DNA of 64,000 nt from Waterburya sp. (GCA_965217895.1 CBDCJV010000002.1:4640001-4704000); one strand, 5' to 3'; counted from the stretch's first letter, positions 1-10,978 are shown. A program made the numbers and translations. Notes: generated by a model from the letters alone, not told the origin.

Positions 1-1287
1 TGCTTCAATTGAACCAACATGATTGGCGATGCCGTGCATGATAGCGGGGTTGATAGTGTATTTAGCGATGTAGCGTTTGGCGCGGAAGTTATCTGCTTTT
101 GACTCAGTAGGAGAAGATAAAACACCTCGTTGCACTTTCATTTTGTGTGCCGTTTGCCAAGTACGAATAACTACTTCTCCTACTCTACCCATTGCTTGAG
201 AATCAGAGGCGATCGCACTAAATGCCCCTAAATCGTGTAGGATATCTTCGGCGGCAATGGTTTCTTGGCGTATACGAGATTCAGCAAAGGCTACGTCTTC
301 AGGAATACTTTTATCGAGGTGGTGACACACCATTAACATATCGAGATGTTCTTCTAAAGTGTTAACTGTGAAGGGGCGAGTGGGATTAGTCGAAGAAGGT
401 AAAACATTACTAAGGGCGCAGACTTTAATAATATCGGGTGCGTGTCCGCCTCCTGCACCTTCGGTATGGTATGTATGAATTGCTCGATCTTTAAATGCGG
501 CGATCGTATCTTCAACAAAACCTGCTTCGTTGAGAGTATCGGTGTGGATGGCTACCTGGACATCATATTCATCTGCTACACCCAGACAAGTATCGATCGC
601 AGCGGGAGTTGTTCCCCAATCTTCGTGGAGTTTTAATCCCATTGCACCTGCTTTAACTTGTTCGGCTAATCCTTCGGGTTTGGCACTGTTTCCCTTACCT
701 AAAAAACCCAAATTCATCGGAAAAGCATCGGCAGCCTGTAGCATCATAGCGATATTCCACGCACCAGGAGTACAGGTAGTAGCGTTTGTACCAGTTGCAG
801 GACCAGTACCACCGCCTATCATAGTTGTAATGCCTGATGCGATCGCGGTTTCGATCTGTTGGGGACAAATAAAGTGGATGTGGCTATCTATTCCCCCCGC
901 CGTAACAATATGTCCTTCTCCAGCGATAATTTCTGTGCTAGCACCAATGATAATGTCAACGTTATCTTGAATATAAGGATTACCCGCTTTCCCAATTTTA
1001 TATATCTTGCCGTCTTTAATCCCAATATCGGCTTTGACTACACCCCACCAGTCGAGAATTAAAGCGTTAGTAATTACCAGATCTACCGCACCATCTTCAC
1101 GAGATATCGGCGATTGCCCCATACCGTCGCGGATTACTTTACCACCACCAAACTTAACTTCATCACCGTAGGTAGTGTAATCTTGTTCGACTTCGATAAA
1201 CAATTCCGTATCTGCCAACCGAACGCGATCGCCTACTGTTGCACCAAAAGTATCGGCATACGCCCTTCTATCCATACGATAACTCAT
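1..1287 (-). CDS. ureC: Urease alpha subunit (3' part outside window)
   Basis: Manual translation from ATG at 1287: [58 protein letters not shown], continuing through [12 protein letters not shown] and LKLHEDWG; open to the window edge and absent from the ORF track because it has no stop in the window. Confidence 0.97.
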   Translation of the reverse strand, partial: MSYRMDRRAYADTFGATVGDRVRLADTELFIEVEQDYTTYGDEVKFGGGKVIRDGMGQSPISREDGAVDLVITNALILDWWGVVKADIGIKDGKIYKIGKAGNPYIQDNVDIIIGASTEIIAGEGHIVTAGGIDSHIHFICPQQIETAIASGITTMIGGGTGPATGTNATTCTPGAWNIAMMLQAADAFPMNLGFLGKGNSAKPEGLAEQVKAGAMGLKLHEDWGTTPAAIDTCLGVADEYDVQVAIHTDTLNEAGFVEDTIAAFKDRAIHTYHTEGAGGGHAPDIIKVCALSNVLPSSTNPTRPFTVNTLEEHLDMLMVCHHLDKSIPEDVAFAESRIRQETIAAEDILHDLGAFSAIASDSQAMGRVGEVVIRTWQTAHKMKVQRGVLSSPTESKADNFRAKRYIAKYTINPAIMHGIANHVGSIEA

Positions 1288-1463
1288 AGTTTTAATTCCT
1301 CTCTAATTGAAATAATTAAATATTCGCCACAAATAGCTGATTTGGGGACTTAGGGACTTGGGAAAAGTTTATCTGTATCATTCTTTTTTGTATTTCATAT
1401 CGACGTTATTAATTTTATGTGTGAATTGTTAATGACGGTATTTGTATAGCTAATAACTAATAA

Positions 1464-2162
1464 CTAATTAGCAAACAACCTTTGAGCCATTTTTGAATGT
1501 TGCATCTGGGCAATATCGATCGCGAGAGTACAAGACCACATCTGCTCTAGATTCATCGATCTAGCCGTAGACCAGACTGCCTCGATATCTGGTGCTAGCG
1601 AGCGCAAAATTTGCTGTGTTTGGATGTGTCCCAAAACACCCAAACGAATAGCTGCGCTCAATATACTAGTAACCAAACCGTGTAAAAAAGTCAGTACTGC
1701 ATTTTGTTCGCCCAAACCTGCGATCGCTGCCACCACGCCAAAGATCACTGGATGCAAACCGTGTATTTCACCCGTGGCTGCCTCTCGGTTGAAAATTTCT
1801 AATCGTTCGTCTTGCCAGGTAGAACTAGCCACCATTAGCAAAGCCCGTCCACTTTGACGCTGAGTTTCTCTAATTTTAGCGATCGCCGTTTGGGCAAAAA
1901 GCTGCCGATCCGCTTGTCTTGCTGCCTCTAGATTGCCGTCTTTAATACCCCGATGACTATGGAGTACGGCTACTAGATCGGTCGTTCCTACCTTGTTATG
2001 TAACAATAGCTGCAAAAAAACTTGTAAGTCTTGCACCGACTGAATTTTTCCAGTTTGAACCAAGCTTTCTAGCCCGTGAGAGAGGGTAAAAGAACCAGTG
2101 GGGAAAAAAGAATCGGCTAACTGCATCATTGCAAGTTGCTGGGTGATTTGGGACTGGATCAT
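1464..2162 (-). CDS. ureF: Urease accessory protein UreF
   Basis: QLADSFFPTGSFTLSHGLE N-terminus, SAAIRLG motif, RLFAN C-terminus; urease cluster. Confidence 0.93.
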   Translation of the reverse strand: MIQSQITQQLAMMQLADSFFPTGSFTLSHGLESLVQTGKIQSVQDLQVFLQLLLHNKVGTTDLVAVLHSHRGIKDGNLEAARQADRQLFAQTAIAKIRETQRQSGRALLMVASSTWQDERLEIFNREAATGEIHGLHPVIFGVVAAIAGLGEQNAVLTFLHGLVTSILSAAIRLGVLGHIQTQQILRSLAPDIEAVWSTARSMNLEQMWSCTLAIDIAQMQHSKMAQRLFAN

Positions 2163-2167
2163 TGGCT

Positions 2168-2671
2168 TTAATGATGAGGATGAGTATGGTCGGAAAAATT
2201 GAGGTGTTCGCTGGGCGAGCGCGATTCGTAATCTATTTTCAAACCAGGAATCTGAAAATCGGCGATCGTCGCTTCCATCACCGCTTCATCTACTGCTAGC
2301 TGGAGATAAATTTTGTCTTTTCGGACAATTATCGGGCAGTGATGATTGCCTAAAACGTGACCTAGATGAATTAATTTAGCAGGTAAAGTATTCGTTGAAC
2401 TAGAGAAACTCAGCACCATCAATTTTTGTGGCTGTAGATGAATTGAGACTAATTTTCCCGACTCGGTTTGAAATACATCTCCTTCTTGTAAAGAAAGTTC
2501 GCGACTTTTGACAATTCCTACAGCAACGCCAGAATCAGTATGAACATGAATTCTACCTTTAACGCGATCGCTTTGACTTAGAAGAACTTCTAAACAATTT
2601 TCTGTTGTCAATTGTCGAGACAAATTGACGTTTTCTTGGATATTTCCCAAATATTTATTGGCAATTTCCAT
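2168..2671 (-). CDS. ureE: Urease accessory nickel chaperone UreE
   Basis: LGHVLGNHH motif, His-rich C-terminus, cluster context. Confidence 0.9.
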   Translation of the reverse strand: MEIANKYLGNIQENVNLSRQLTTENCLEVLLSQSDRVKGRIHVHTDSGVAVGIVKSRELSLQEGDVFQTESGKLVSIHLQPQKLMVLSFSSSTNTLPAKLIHLGHVLGNHHCPIIVRKDKIYLQLAVDEAVMEATIADFQIPGLKIDYESRSPSEHLNFSDHTHPHH

Positions 2672-2693
2672 AATTTTATTTAATCCTCAACTT

Positions 2694-3545
2694 TTATTTC
2701 GGAATATAAGGCAAATTAGCTCGCTCAGTTAAATTACGAATACAATTTAAAACTAGATTAAAATAGTGTTTGAGTTGAATAGTTTTATTAGCAAAAGCGC
2801 GAATTAATAAGCCACAATCACTCGGTAAAACTGAAGTTGCAACCATAAGATTAGGAAAATTAGTTACTTGTATCTCTTCTAGTTCTTTGCTTAATAGTTC
2901 TAGATCTAGATCGGGATAAACTGCGATCGCATTGCCCATAATGGGCAAAGGTGCAAATAACTTATCATCTTTAAAGAGATTTGATTTCCCTTGTAAGTGT
3001 ATGGCATCAGTAAACAATAATTCTTCTGTTAGATCGGTAAGTTTTAAACGATTAAAATAATAACGAAACTGATAAGATTCTCCTCTAGCTAGTCTTCCTG
3101 GTAAGATAATTTCGCTTAAAAATAATTTAGCGGTGGGATGGAGTTTAATTAAGATATTTTGAGTTAAAGCAGCATCGCTATAGAGGATAACTGGTTCTGG
3201 CACTAATTCTAAATTAGCTTCTTGTCGCAACTCTATTTGATAATCAACTGTTGCTTGGCTATGCTCAATTGGCATTTGATGAACCTTAGTTGCAGCTTGG
3301 TCTGTAAGATACAAATTAGTATTATTTTCCAGTTGCAAAGATATTTTTAATTTATCTTTTGCTAATAAACCTGGTGATGTATTCATTGTATAAAGATATG
3401 CCCTGTTACTATTAGCACCATCTAAACGAAATACAGTCGATAAACGCAGGGGATAAGTTGTATATTGATGGGTGCAAATGGTTTTGTTGGTGCGATCGCA
3501 TTTGAGGTTTAATTCTAAATTGTTTTGATATTTCTCGTACATCAC
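2694..3545 (-). CDS. ureD: Urease accessory protein UreD
   Basis: [21 protein letters not shown] and PGRLARGE motifs. Confidence 0.92.
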   Translation of the reverse strand: MMYEKYQNNLELNLKCDRTNKTICTHQYTTYPLRLSTVFRLDGANSNRAYLYTMNTSPGLLAKDKLKISLQLENNTNLYLTDQAATKVHQMPIEHSQATVDYQIELRQEANLELVPEPVILYSDAALTQNILIKLHPTAKLFLSEIILPGRLARGESYQFRYYFNRLKLTDLTEELLFTDAIHLQGKSNLFKDDKLFAPLPIMGNAIAVYPDLDLELLSKELEEIQVTNFPNLMVATSVLPSDCGLLIRAFANKTIQLKHYFNLVLNCIRNLTERANLPYIPK

Positions 3546-4192
3546 AATCTCTGTAAGGGTGAATGGATCTTCGCCCCTACTGGTTTAAATAACAATGTTT
3601 CTAAAATAAAATCCTTGACTGTTTCTAAACCTTCTCCAGTTTTACAGTTGGTGTAGGCAATAGGTTTACCCCGACGGTGTTCTGGTGCTTGCTGGCGAAT
3701 CAAATCTAGGTCTGCACCTACATAAGGTGCGATGTCAATTTTATTAACTACTACTAAGTCGGCTTGGACGAAACCAGGGCCATTTTTACGGGGAATATCA
3801 TCCCCCGCACCGACATCAATCACAAAGATATAAGCATCTACCAAATCGTAACTAAAAGTAGAGGCTAAATTATCGCCACCGCTTTCTATAAAAATTAAAT
3901 CCAACTGGGGATAGAGTAATTCCAAATCCTTTACCGCTAGTAAATTCATCGTCGGGTCTTCTCGGATCGCCGTATGGGGACAGCTACCAGTTTCGACACC
4001 GATAATTCTTTCTGGTGCTAGAAATCCTTTACCCTTCAGACGATCTGCATCTTCGGTGGTTAAAAGGTCGTTAGTGACAACAGCCACTTCAATCCCCTGC
4101 TGCGTCAACATGGGGACTAAACATTCTAACAGCGCAGTCTTACCGCTACCAACAGGTCCCCCAATACCCAATCTTGCTACAGATTTATTCAT
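3542..4192 (-). CDS. ureG: Urease accessory GTPase UreG
   Basis: GPVGSGKT P-loop, [20 protein letters not shown]. Confidence 0.97.
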   Translation of the reverse strand: MNKSVARLGIGGPVGSGKTALLECLVPMLTQQGIEVAVVTNDLLTTEDADRLKGKGFLAPERIIGVETGSCPHTAIREDPTMNLLAVKDLELLYPQLDLIFIESGGDNLASTFSYDLVDAYIFVIDVGAGDDIPRKNGPGFVQADLVVVNKIDIAPYVGADLDLIRQQAPEHRRGKPIAYTNCKTGEGLETVKDFILETLLFKPVGAKIHSPLQRL

Positions 4193-4221
4193 TTAACATT
4201 TAACATTTAACATCGATTTAG

Positions 4222-4527
4222 CTAAACTTTGCCTTCAACTAAGGCGTTAAAACCATATATTTCTTTACTTCCTGCGATCGCAACTAAAGTAACAGTTTTT
4301 TCATCCCCTGGTTCAAATCTTACTGCCGTACCTGCGGGAATATCGAGTCGCATTCCTTTAGTAGATTCGCGCTCAAATTGTAGTGCAGAATTTACTTCAT
4401 AAAAGTGGAAATGAGAGCCAATTTGAATCGGGCGATCGCCTGTATTACTAACCTCAAGCGTAATAGTTTCTTTTCCTGTATTTAGTTCAATTTCGCCTGG
4501 CTGGGTAATAATTTCACCTGGAATCAT
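4222..4527 (-). CDS. ureB: Urease beta subunit
   Basis: [36 protein letters not shown]. Confidence 0.97.
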   Translation of the reverse strand: MIPGEIITQPGEIELNTGKETITLEVSNTGDRPIQIGSHFHFYEVNSALQFERESTKGMRLDIPAGTAVRFEPGDEKTVTLVAIAGSKEIYGFNALVEGKV

Positions 4528-4625
4528 AATTGTTGTTCCGAATTTGATGTTTGAATCTGTTAATAATACTATTTTGAGCTTTTAGCTTTTTGATTGGTCA
4601 ATGTTCAATGATGAATGTTCAATGT

Positions 4626-4928
4626 TCATTGAATAGGATTGTGTACCGTCACTAACTTAGTGCCGTCGGGAAAGGTTGCTTCTACCTGTATTTCATCAAC
4701 CATTACTGGTATTCCTTCCATTACTTCATCAGCTTTTAAGAGAGTTTGACCGTAGCTCATTAATTCAGCTACCGCTCTTCCTTCTCTAGCACCTTCTAAA
4801 ATAGCAGCAGAAATATACGCTACTGCCTCAGGATAGTTTAGCTTGATGCCTTTTTCTTTACGTCTTTCGGCAACTAGAGCAGCAGTAAAAATTAGTAGTT
4901 TATCTTTTTCTTGGGGTGATAGTTGCAT
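4626..4928 (-). CDS. ureA: Urease gamma subunit
   Basis: [11 protein letters not shown]...LNYPEA...[17 protein letters not shown]; likely start is the ATG at 4928. Confidence 0.97.
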   Translation of the reverse strand: MQLSPQEKDKLLIFTAALVAERRKEKGIKLNYPEAVAYISAAILEGAREGRAVAELMSYGQTLLKADEVMEGIPVMVDEIQVEATFPDGTKLVTVHNPIQ

Positions 4929-5057
4929 AGATATTGTTTGTTTGAGGCACAATGGCGATTGTATCAGTAGATAAGCAGTAGAAAAGCTTTATTTTATACA
5001 GATTTTCTACTATCTATTTGGTTAAATATTTTGACAATCCCTGCTATAAATCGTTTG

Positions 5058-6200
5058 TCAAGTTAACAGTAATAGTTCAATAAACTGATTCCAAGTAAAT
5101 GAGGGACTATTGGTTCGCTGCTGTAATAGATCGATCTCTTCTCTGGTTAGGGCTGGTTCACTAACGCTAGTCATGGCAACGTTCATTTCTTGAATACTAA
5201 GGAAATCGTTCTCATCAGCATCAATTGGCACAAAGTAAGTCGTAAAGGCATCATATTCCATCATCAGGCGTTGGTGTCTGAGTATTAATTCCCCGAACTC
5301 CTCAAAGTCAATCGTGCCACTATTATCTCTGTCCATACAATTGAAAAGATAACTTAACTCATCTTCAGAAGTAGCCCGATCTGCCTGAATTAAATAGTTT
5401 GCCAATTTTTGAGTCGATAGCTCACCACTACGATCTGTGTCGATCGCTTCAAACACATAACGCAGATCTCCCTTAGTTGCAGTAGAAGCTTTGTCAAATA
5501 GCAAGTTAACACTTTCACCATTAATTGCTGCTTGTAGTTGACGGCGAAAGTTAGAGATTGTCTTTTTAGCAACTAAATAGCGATATCGATGTTCCTCTGG
5601 AGAGGTAATGGCATAGAGTGCCACTGGTACGAGAGAAGACAAAGACCCCCGTAACAAGGCAAAGAAAGCGATGGTGGCAACACAAAAAGGCGGGGAACAT
5701 CTAAAGGTAGTCGCCCACCAGACACCACAAGTCTTCATCATTACTGTAGTTAGGGCTGAAAAAATAATAACGGCGATCGCCCACCAAAGATTCCAGCCTC
5801 CATTACCCGATAATCCAAAAGTCCCTAATGCTGCCCCGACTAAAATTCCGTTGTAGCCAAAAATACCACTACGGATTGTGTCTCGGTCTAACTGAAGCGC
5901 GATCGCGGTTGCTGTGGAACTTACTACAGCCACTAGGCTCATCAGTCCGATCCAAGGTGACTGAATAAATAAAGCCAGCAGAATTAACAAGCCACTGAGG
6001 GGATTATTGACAAAAATGACTTGCCCAACCCCCCGTAGATTGTAGTTAATAAAATCTAAGCCTGGTTGATTTGCCCAACGCTTATTGAGCCGAGGCATTG
6101 TTCCCAGTCCCGCCCAAATTGGCAAGCGATCGGTTGTGTACTGTGCGGGAACGCCAATTCGAGAAATTATTTCCTGTAACGGTAAAGATCGATTTTTCAT
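5058..6200 (-). CDS. Urea transporter (UT/Utp family, apparently internally shortened) fused to C-terminal EF-hands
   Basis: LRGVGQVIFVNNPLSG and GIFGYNGILVG UT motifs; EF-hand-like loops DTDRSGELS, DRDNSGTIDFEE, DADENDFLSIQE; first gene of the urease cluster. Confidence 0.8.
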   Translation of the reverse strand: MKNRSLPLQEIISRIGVPAQYTTDRLPIWAGLGTMPRLNKRWANQPGLDFINYNLRGVGQVIFVNNPLSGLLILLALFIQSPWIGLMSLVAVVSSTATAIALQLDRDTIRSGIFGYNGILVGAALGTFGLSGNGGWNLWWAIAVIIFSALTTVMMKTCGVWWATTFRCSPPFCVATIAFFALLRGSLSSLVPVALYAITSPEEHRYRYLVAKKTISNFRRQLQAAINGESVNLLFDKASTATKGDLRYVFEAIDTDRSGELSTQKLANYLIQADRATSEDELSYLFNCMDRDNSGTIDFEEFGELILRHQRLMMEYDAFTTYFVPIDADENDFLSIQEMNVAMTSVSEPALTREEIDLLQQRTNSPSFTWNQFIELLLLT

Positions 6201-6231
6201 TTAGCCAGGAAGATTAATTCTTTACTTCTGT

Positions 6232-6273
6232 ACCTTAAGTTTCCGTCAGCGCAGAAACCGTAGCAAAATTATC
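6232..6273 (-). promoter_or_regulatory. Putative NtcA-type promoter of the urea transporter/urease cluster
   Basis: Minus strand GAT-N8-TAC (imperfect GTA-N8-TAC) at 6273-6260, followed exactly 22 nt later by TAAGGT (TAN3T). Confidence 0.5.
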
Positions 6274-6627
6274 TAAATCAAAAAACTATCTAAATCAACG
6301 TGAATTCGGGTTAAGAACATTTATCTTTTGAGATAGCTCTAAGCTTTCCCTGAAAAGATACCGCTTCCTACGCATCCGCGATCTTGCCAGACGTACTTAA
6401 CGTTTACTTATAAGTAATCGCGCAAAATTAATTTCCTCTTGGCGATCAAGAAATAAACACAGGAAGAAATTTTTTTCTATATCTTTAGCTGGAAGCAAAT
6501 TAGGTTCTCAATCCCTATGTTGGAAGCAGGAATGAAAATGAGATTGACCGTAAAATATTTGCACTACAATTTTTGAAATTCAATTCTATCTTGATAAGCA
6601 AAACTTATAACCATCACGAAAAAAATT

Positions 6628-7074
6628 ATGACTCACGAAAAATTCATGGGCGAAGCATTAATAGAAGCTAAAAAAGGTGACTTGCCCTATGGTGCTGTAA
6701 TCGTCAAGGATAATGAAATTGTGATGCGTGGTTACAATACGACACAGACAGATAATGATGTCTCGGCACACGCCGAACTTAATATTTTGCGGGCATTTAC
6801 TAAACAGCATGGCTATTCTTTAGATGCTTTATCTGGCTATACTCTTTATACAACTTGCGAACCATGCCCTATGTGTGCAGCAGCTTGTGTTTGGGCAGGA
6901 GTTTCAACAATAGTCTTTGGTGTATCTATCGAACAACTAAGTAATTTGGAGTCAAAGCAAATCAAATCGTTTAATCTCTCCTGTAAAACTGTTGTCGCCA
7001 AAGGTTTCCAGAATATAGAAATTGTGGACGGTATTTTGGCTGAAGAATGTTTAGAGTTATTTAAACAGCTATAA
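6628..7074 (+). CDS. Zinc-dependent nucleoside/nucleotide deaminase (CDA/TadA/GuaD-like)
   Basis: HAE and PCPMC zinc motifs, PYGAVIV. Confidence 0.88.
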   Translation: MTHEKFMGEALIEAKKGDLPYGAVIVKDNEIVMRGYNTTQTDNDVSAHAELNILRAFTKQHGYSLDALSGYTLYTTCEPCPMCAAACVWAGVSTIVFGVSIEQLSNLESKQIKSFNLSCKTVVAKGFQNIEIVDGILAEECLELFKQL

Positions 7075-7115
7075 ATTAGACTACCCTCGAACGATTTTGG
7101 GAACTGCTAAGATGA

Positions 7116-7325
7116 GTTCTGGCTCTAAAATCAGCAGCATTCGCCCAAATTAATACTCTCCCTAATGGCTTGACGGTAGCAATCATTATCTATGAAGAAT
7201 GCGCGCGCTTGTTTAAAAAACTAAAGGAAATAGTAACTTACAAAAGAGGTGGCACAATCGTTACTCAAGATTGGAAAAAATTAGCAGCAGTAAGTGGCGT
7301 TACATCATGTCGCAAAAAATTATAA
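7116..7325 (+). pseudogene. Possible remnant of a Crp/Fnr-type regulator C-terminus
   Basis: Open frame without an obvious start, containing IIYEECARLFKKLKEIVTYKRGGTIVTQDWKKL, reminiscent of a Crp winged-HTH end; recognised by eye only. Confidence 0.3.
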
Positions 7326-7503
7326 CTTTAGTTGGAGGAATTAATGTTTGTGAGTTAGTTAATCTATATTTGTGTAGATAATTAGCCAAATAAATTTGTT
7401 CTTTAGTTTATTTGACTACAATCGAATAAATTATAAATAAATTTACTCAAAATTTTAGCTGTTTACACTTAAAAAAGACGCACGTTTACCTACCAAACTA
7501 ACT

Positions 7504-7857
7504 ATGATACATTTAATTTCTCAAGCTATAAATCGCATCAGTTCTGTTTTAAAAACAATTCAAGTTAAAAGTTTTCTAACTAGTGTTTTATTAGGAGCTA
7601 TTTTATTAACGAATGGTGTTAGTAGTTCTGCCGCAAATGGCAAGACTGCTGCTGATGTTCTCGGCAGCGATGTCGTGGAAAATAATCCCGAAAGACCGAC
7701 AACAACTCGCGAGTGGAGACAAGAAGCTCGTCGAACCGAAGATGCCCCCTTAGAAAGAGCCAAAGAGATTGGAAAAGAAACAGGAGAAGCATTAAAAGAT
7801 TTTGGCGGACTTTATCCAGATGTGGCTGAAAGAACTGTTCCCGACGAGATAAAATAA
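7504..7857 (+). CDS. Hypothetical exported/membrane-anchored protein
   Basis: Hydrophobic N-terminal segment, charged helical C-terminus, followed by a hairpin at about 7878-7906. Confidence 0.7.
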   Translation: MIHLISQAINRISSVLKTIQVKSFLTSVLLGAILLTNGVSSSAANGKTAADVLGSDVVENNPERPTTTREWRQEARRTEDAPLERAKEIGKETGEALKDFGGLYPDVAERTVPDEIK

Positions 7858-8077
7858 TCAATATTTAGTTATTTAGATAGTAAATCTAATTAGGCTTAGA
7901 TTTACTGTCGAATATTCTTGGTCAAAAGCTACAAGCCTTAAGCTTCAAAAAAAGTTTTCCTAGAATGGAATTGCGCTTTAAGCTAAGTCCAAAAGTCGCT
8001 TTTCTAATTAGTCTTCAAAACCGAACCTAAAAATTTTGGGCGTTGCATCAGAGCTGGATCGATAACCGAACCCGATT

Positions 8078-9142
8078 TTATAAGTCGTGTCGTAAAATTG
8101 TGCCATATTTTCCAGTAATTGAAGCTGGAAGTTCTTCTAAAGAAATTAATTCCCAGGTTGTTGCATCATAGGTGCTATAAAAAAGTTGAGCTGTTTTTAG
8201 CTCTATGTCAACCACCGTAAGAGTTTTACGCGGAGGTAAGTCACTATTGATTAATTGCCTTGCACCTTGTCCTAATGCTCCTGCGTTGAGCAACTCTAAT
8301 TTACCTTTCTTTCCAGGATAATAGGCATGATGATGTCCGCTTATGTAAACTTGAACTCGATTTTGTTCTAGAAGCGATCGCAATTGTGAACCGTTAGCTA
8401 AATATTCCCCTGGCTTATTTTTAGCTGTAGCGACAGGATAAAGAGGTAAATGTCCAATAGCAACTCGTGCTGCTGCCTGTTTGGCTTGGGGGCTAGCTAA
8501 TGTTTTCTTGACCCAAGCTAGCTGCTGTTGGTCAATATTTTGGCTAGAGGCATCCCAGATTAAGAAGAATATATCATTTTGTTGGAAACTATAGTAAAAA
8601 GGAAACTTGGCAAGATCTACGAAGTTCAAGCCTAGTTGATGCTGATGTTGATGCCAATAAGCCTGAGCGAGATCTCTTTCCTGCTTAAAAATAAAAGTCT
8701 GCTCTTTAACTGCTCCAGAGCCATCATGATTACCAATAGTAAAGCCAAAAGGAACTTTATCCTGGCGCAGCGGTGCAGCAATACGATCGTCAAAAGCTTG
8801 CCACATGGCTTCAATTTGCGATCGCGTCAAAGAGGCTTTTTGTCCTGCAATCATGTCCCCACCGCATAAAACTAAATCAGGCTGCCATTGGGGAATTAAA
8901 GCGATCGCCTTTTCTACTTCAGGCTCATATTCGGTTGAGCCATATTGACTATTAAGATCGCTAATAACTACAATCCGAAAGTCTTTGCGGGGTGATAAAT
9001 ATAAGCTTTTGGTCGGACTTGCATCAGCAGTGTTTGTGGCTAAGAAGGATTTAATTCGACTTTGATTATTACTGGCATTCAAGCACAGACTTAAGATCGA
9101 TCCCCAGATTAATAGCCAAATAAATCGTTTGTAATTGCTCAT
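8078..9142 (-). CDS. Calcineurin-like metallophosphoesterase with signal peptide
   Basis: ISDLN, GGDM, GNHD, GH, GHHH motifs. Confidence 0.9.
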   Translation of the reverse strand: MSNYKRFIWLLIWGSILSLCLNASNNQSRIKSFLATNTADASPTKSLYLSPRKDFRIVVISDLNSQYGSTEYEPEVEKAIALIPQWQPDLVLCGGDMIAGQKASLTRSQIEAMWQAFDDRIAAPLRQDKVPFGFTIGNHDGSGAVKEQTFIFKQERDLAQAYWHQHQHQLGLNFVDLAKFPFYYSFQQNDIFFLIWDASSQNIDQQQLAWVKKTLASPQAKQAAARVAIGHLPLYPVATAKNKPGEYLANGSQLRSLLEQNRVQVYISGHHHAYYPGKKGKLELLNAGALGQGARQLINSDLPPRKTLTVVDIELKTAQLFYSTYDATTWELISLEELPASITGKYGTILRHDL

Positions 9143-9470
9143 TCTTGAAAGGCTCTAATCCACAGGCTTTAATATGTCGTTAAAATATTATCCGTCTCTT
9201 TAATTAAAATCAACCTATTTGTCCCTTCTTCGGCTGCAATAGACTTATGCGCACAAATCACAACAGGCTACTTTGGCAAGAGATAAATTATAGGTAACAG
9301 GTAATTGTTAGTAGTTGGTAGTTCGTCGTTTGTAGTCTTTTTAAACTACTAACTATAAACTTTTAGTAATAGGTCTAATGTTTATATTTGACAGATATTT
9401 TTTGGTCATCTGGGTAACTTAAGAGTAAATCACTCGTTTTTCTAGCAATTAAAGCCAACAAACCAAGAAT

Positions 9471-10265
9471 ATGTCACAGCTTTGGATATCAACCGAGGGA
9501 CAGCAGCCGATAGTTGCTGTAGCTCTTCACGACGGTCATTATGTGCGCCCAGAAGTTGAACGGTTACTAGCTATTAGTGCAGATGATCGTCAGCGTGAAG
9601 AAGATCCTTTTACGGCTGCCTGGACAGACATTGCCGAGACGCGACTGATTGTTTTACGATCGCGTTTTGAAGTCGATCTCAATCGTCCCCGCCATCGGGC
9701 TATTTACCTCAAGCCTAAAGATTCTTGGGGATTGCAGGTTTGGAAAGAGAAACCACCTCAAGACATTATTGAACAGACTTTAGCGGAGTATGATGCTTTT
9801 TATGCTGAGGTTGGTCAAATCTGTCGGACATTAGAACAACGCTACGGACGCTTTGTGATTTACGATCTCCATACCTATAATCACTACCGTCAAGGAATGC
9901 ACGCTTCCCCTGCTGAGGAATTATACAACCCAGAGATTAATCTAGGCACGAAGACTGTTAACCGAGAATATTGGCAGCCTGTTGTGGAACGATTTATCCA
10001 CGACATGAGAGGCTTTGATTTTTTAGGCAGGCAGTTGGACGTTCGAGAGAACGTCAAGTTTGTAGGAGGGCATTTTGCTGAGTGGATTCATACGCATTTT
10101 CCTCATTCTGCCTGCGTGCTATCTGTTGAAGTCAAAAAGTTTTTTATGAGCGAATGGACTCATCAGCTAGACTTAGCAAAAATGTCAGCCGTACATCAGG
10201 CGTTGAGAGCTTCTGTATCGGGAGTCTTGGAGGAATTGCAGCACTTGGCTAAAGTATCGGCTTGA
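9471..10265 (+). CDS. N-formylglutamate amidohydrolase family protein
   Basis: HDG, EEDP, SRFEVDLNR, DLHTY, ENVKF motifs. Confidence 0.85.
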   Translation: MSQLWISTEGQQPIVAVALHDGHYVRPEVERLLAISADDRQREEDPFTAAWTDIAETRLIVLRSRFEVDLNRPRHRAIYLKPKDSWGLQVWKEKPPQDIIEQTLAEYDAFYAEVGQICRTLEQRYGRFVIYDLHTYNHYRQGMHASPAEELYNPEINLGTKTVNREYWQPVVERFIHDMRGFDFLGRQLDVRENVKFVGGHFAEWIHTHFPHSACVLSVEVKKFFMSEWTHQLDLAKMSAVHQALRASVSGVLEELQHLAKVSA

Positions 10266-10279
10266 ACTTATCAAAGAGT

Positions 10280-10670
10280 TTGTAGTTCGTAGTCTGTCGT
10301 TTGAAGTCGAGGGACGCGTCGCCGAAGGGCGCAAGTCCACCCTCGACAACCAAGGGTTACTCCCCGCAGGTATCTCAACGGGGGGAATCCCCGCAACGGT
10401 TTTGCGAAGCAGCTTATTCCACGCTTGCGGCGGGGGTTTCCCCCATGAGCGACTGCTGAGGGTGTCTCGCAACGGGTCACAGACAAGGCGCGTTTTGAGG
10501 CGAGGAAATGCTCTCGGTTAGAGAGCATATTCCACTCGCCTGTTGAGTAGGAAGCTTCCCACTCAACAGCCACCGTCCGCAACGCAACTGTCTCGCAATC
10601 GACTTGTTGTAGTCGGATATAAACTACCCATTACCTACTAACTACCAACTACTAACCACTAACCACGAAC
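10280..10670. repeat. GC-rich nest of small palindromic dispersed repeats flanked by heptamer-like tandem repeats
   Basis: Hairpins gtcgaggg/ccctcgac, atgctctc/gagagcat, ctgttgagt/actcaacag; motifs ggggaatccccgcaac and ggggtttcccccatgagcgactg; flanks tagttcgtagt and actaactaccaactactaaccactaacc. Confidence 0.6.
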
Positions 10671-10727
10671 TTTTTTATTTAGTAGTTAAAAAATCTTTAA
10701 TTGTCTATTTATTTAACTAGAGCCAAA

Positions 10728-10801
10728 TCGGGATGAAAGGATTTGAACCTTCGACCCCTGCTTCCCGAAAGCAGTGCGCTACCAAGCTGCGCCACATCCC
10801 G
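10728..10801 (-). tRNA. trnP: tRNA-Pro(CGG)
   Basis: Reverse complement CGGGATGTGGCGCAGCTTGGTAGCGCACTGCTTTCGGGAAGCAGGGGTCGAAGGTTCAAATCCTTTCATCCCGA folds as a cloverleaf with anticodon CGG. Confidence 0.97.
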
Positions 10802-10978
10802 CATTCGCATATATGCTAGCATACAAGGCATATAAAAAAGACGATAGCTTCCCCAAAGAAAATATAGTCTGTCCGATCTTTTAGGAAAAAAAAGTCTTAT
10901 CAAGCGGGATAATAAGGGCTAAAGAATGAGTGAAAATTCAGATGTAGTTAATCTCTCATTCTCAATCCCCTAAACTCA

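Noticed and set aside
442..1353. Plus-strand ORFs at 442, 530, 859 and 1114
   Set aside because: Antisense shadows of ureC, which occupies the minus strand
10185..10582. Minus-strand ORFs of 95 and 103 aa
   Set aside because: They arise from GC-rich palindromic repeats, have no protein motifs, and one overlaps the amidohydrolase gene
10709..10903. 64-aa ORF
   Set aside because: It overlaps tRNA-Pro
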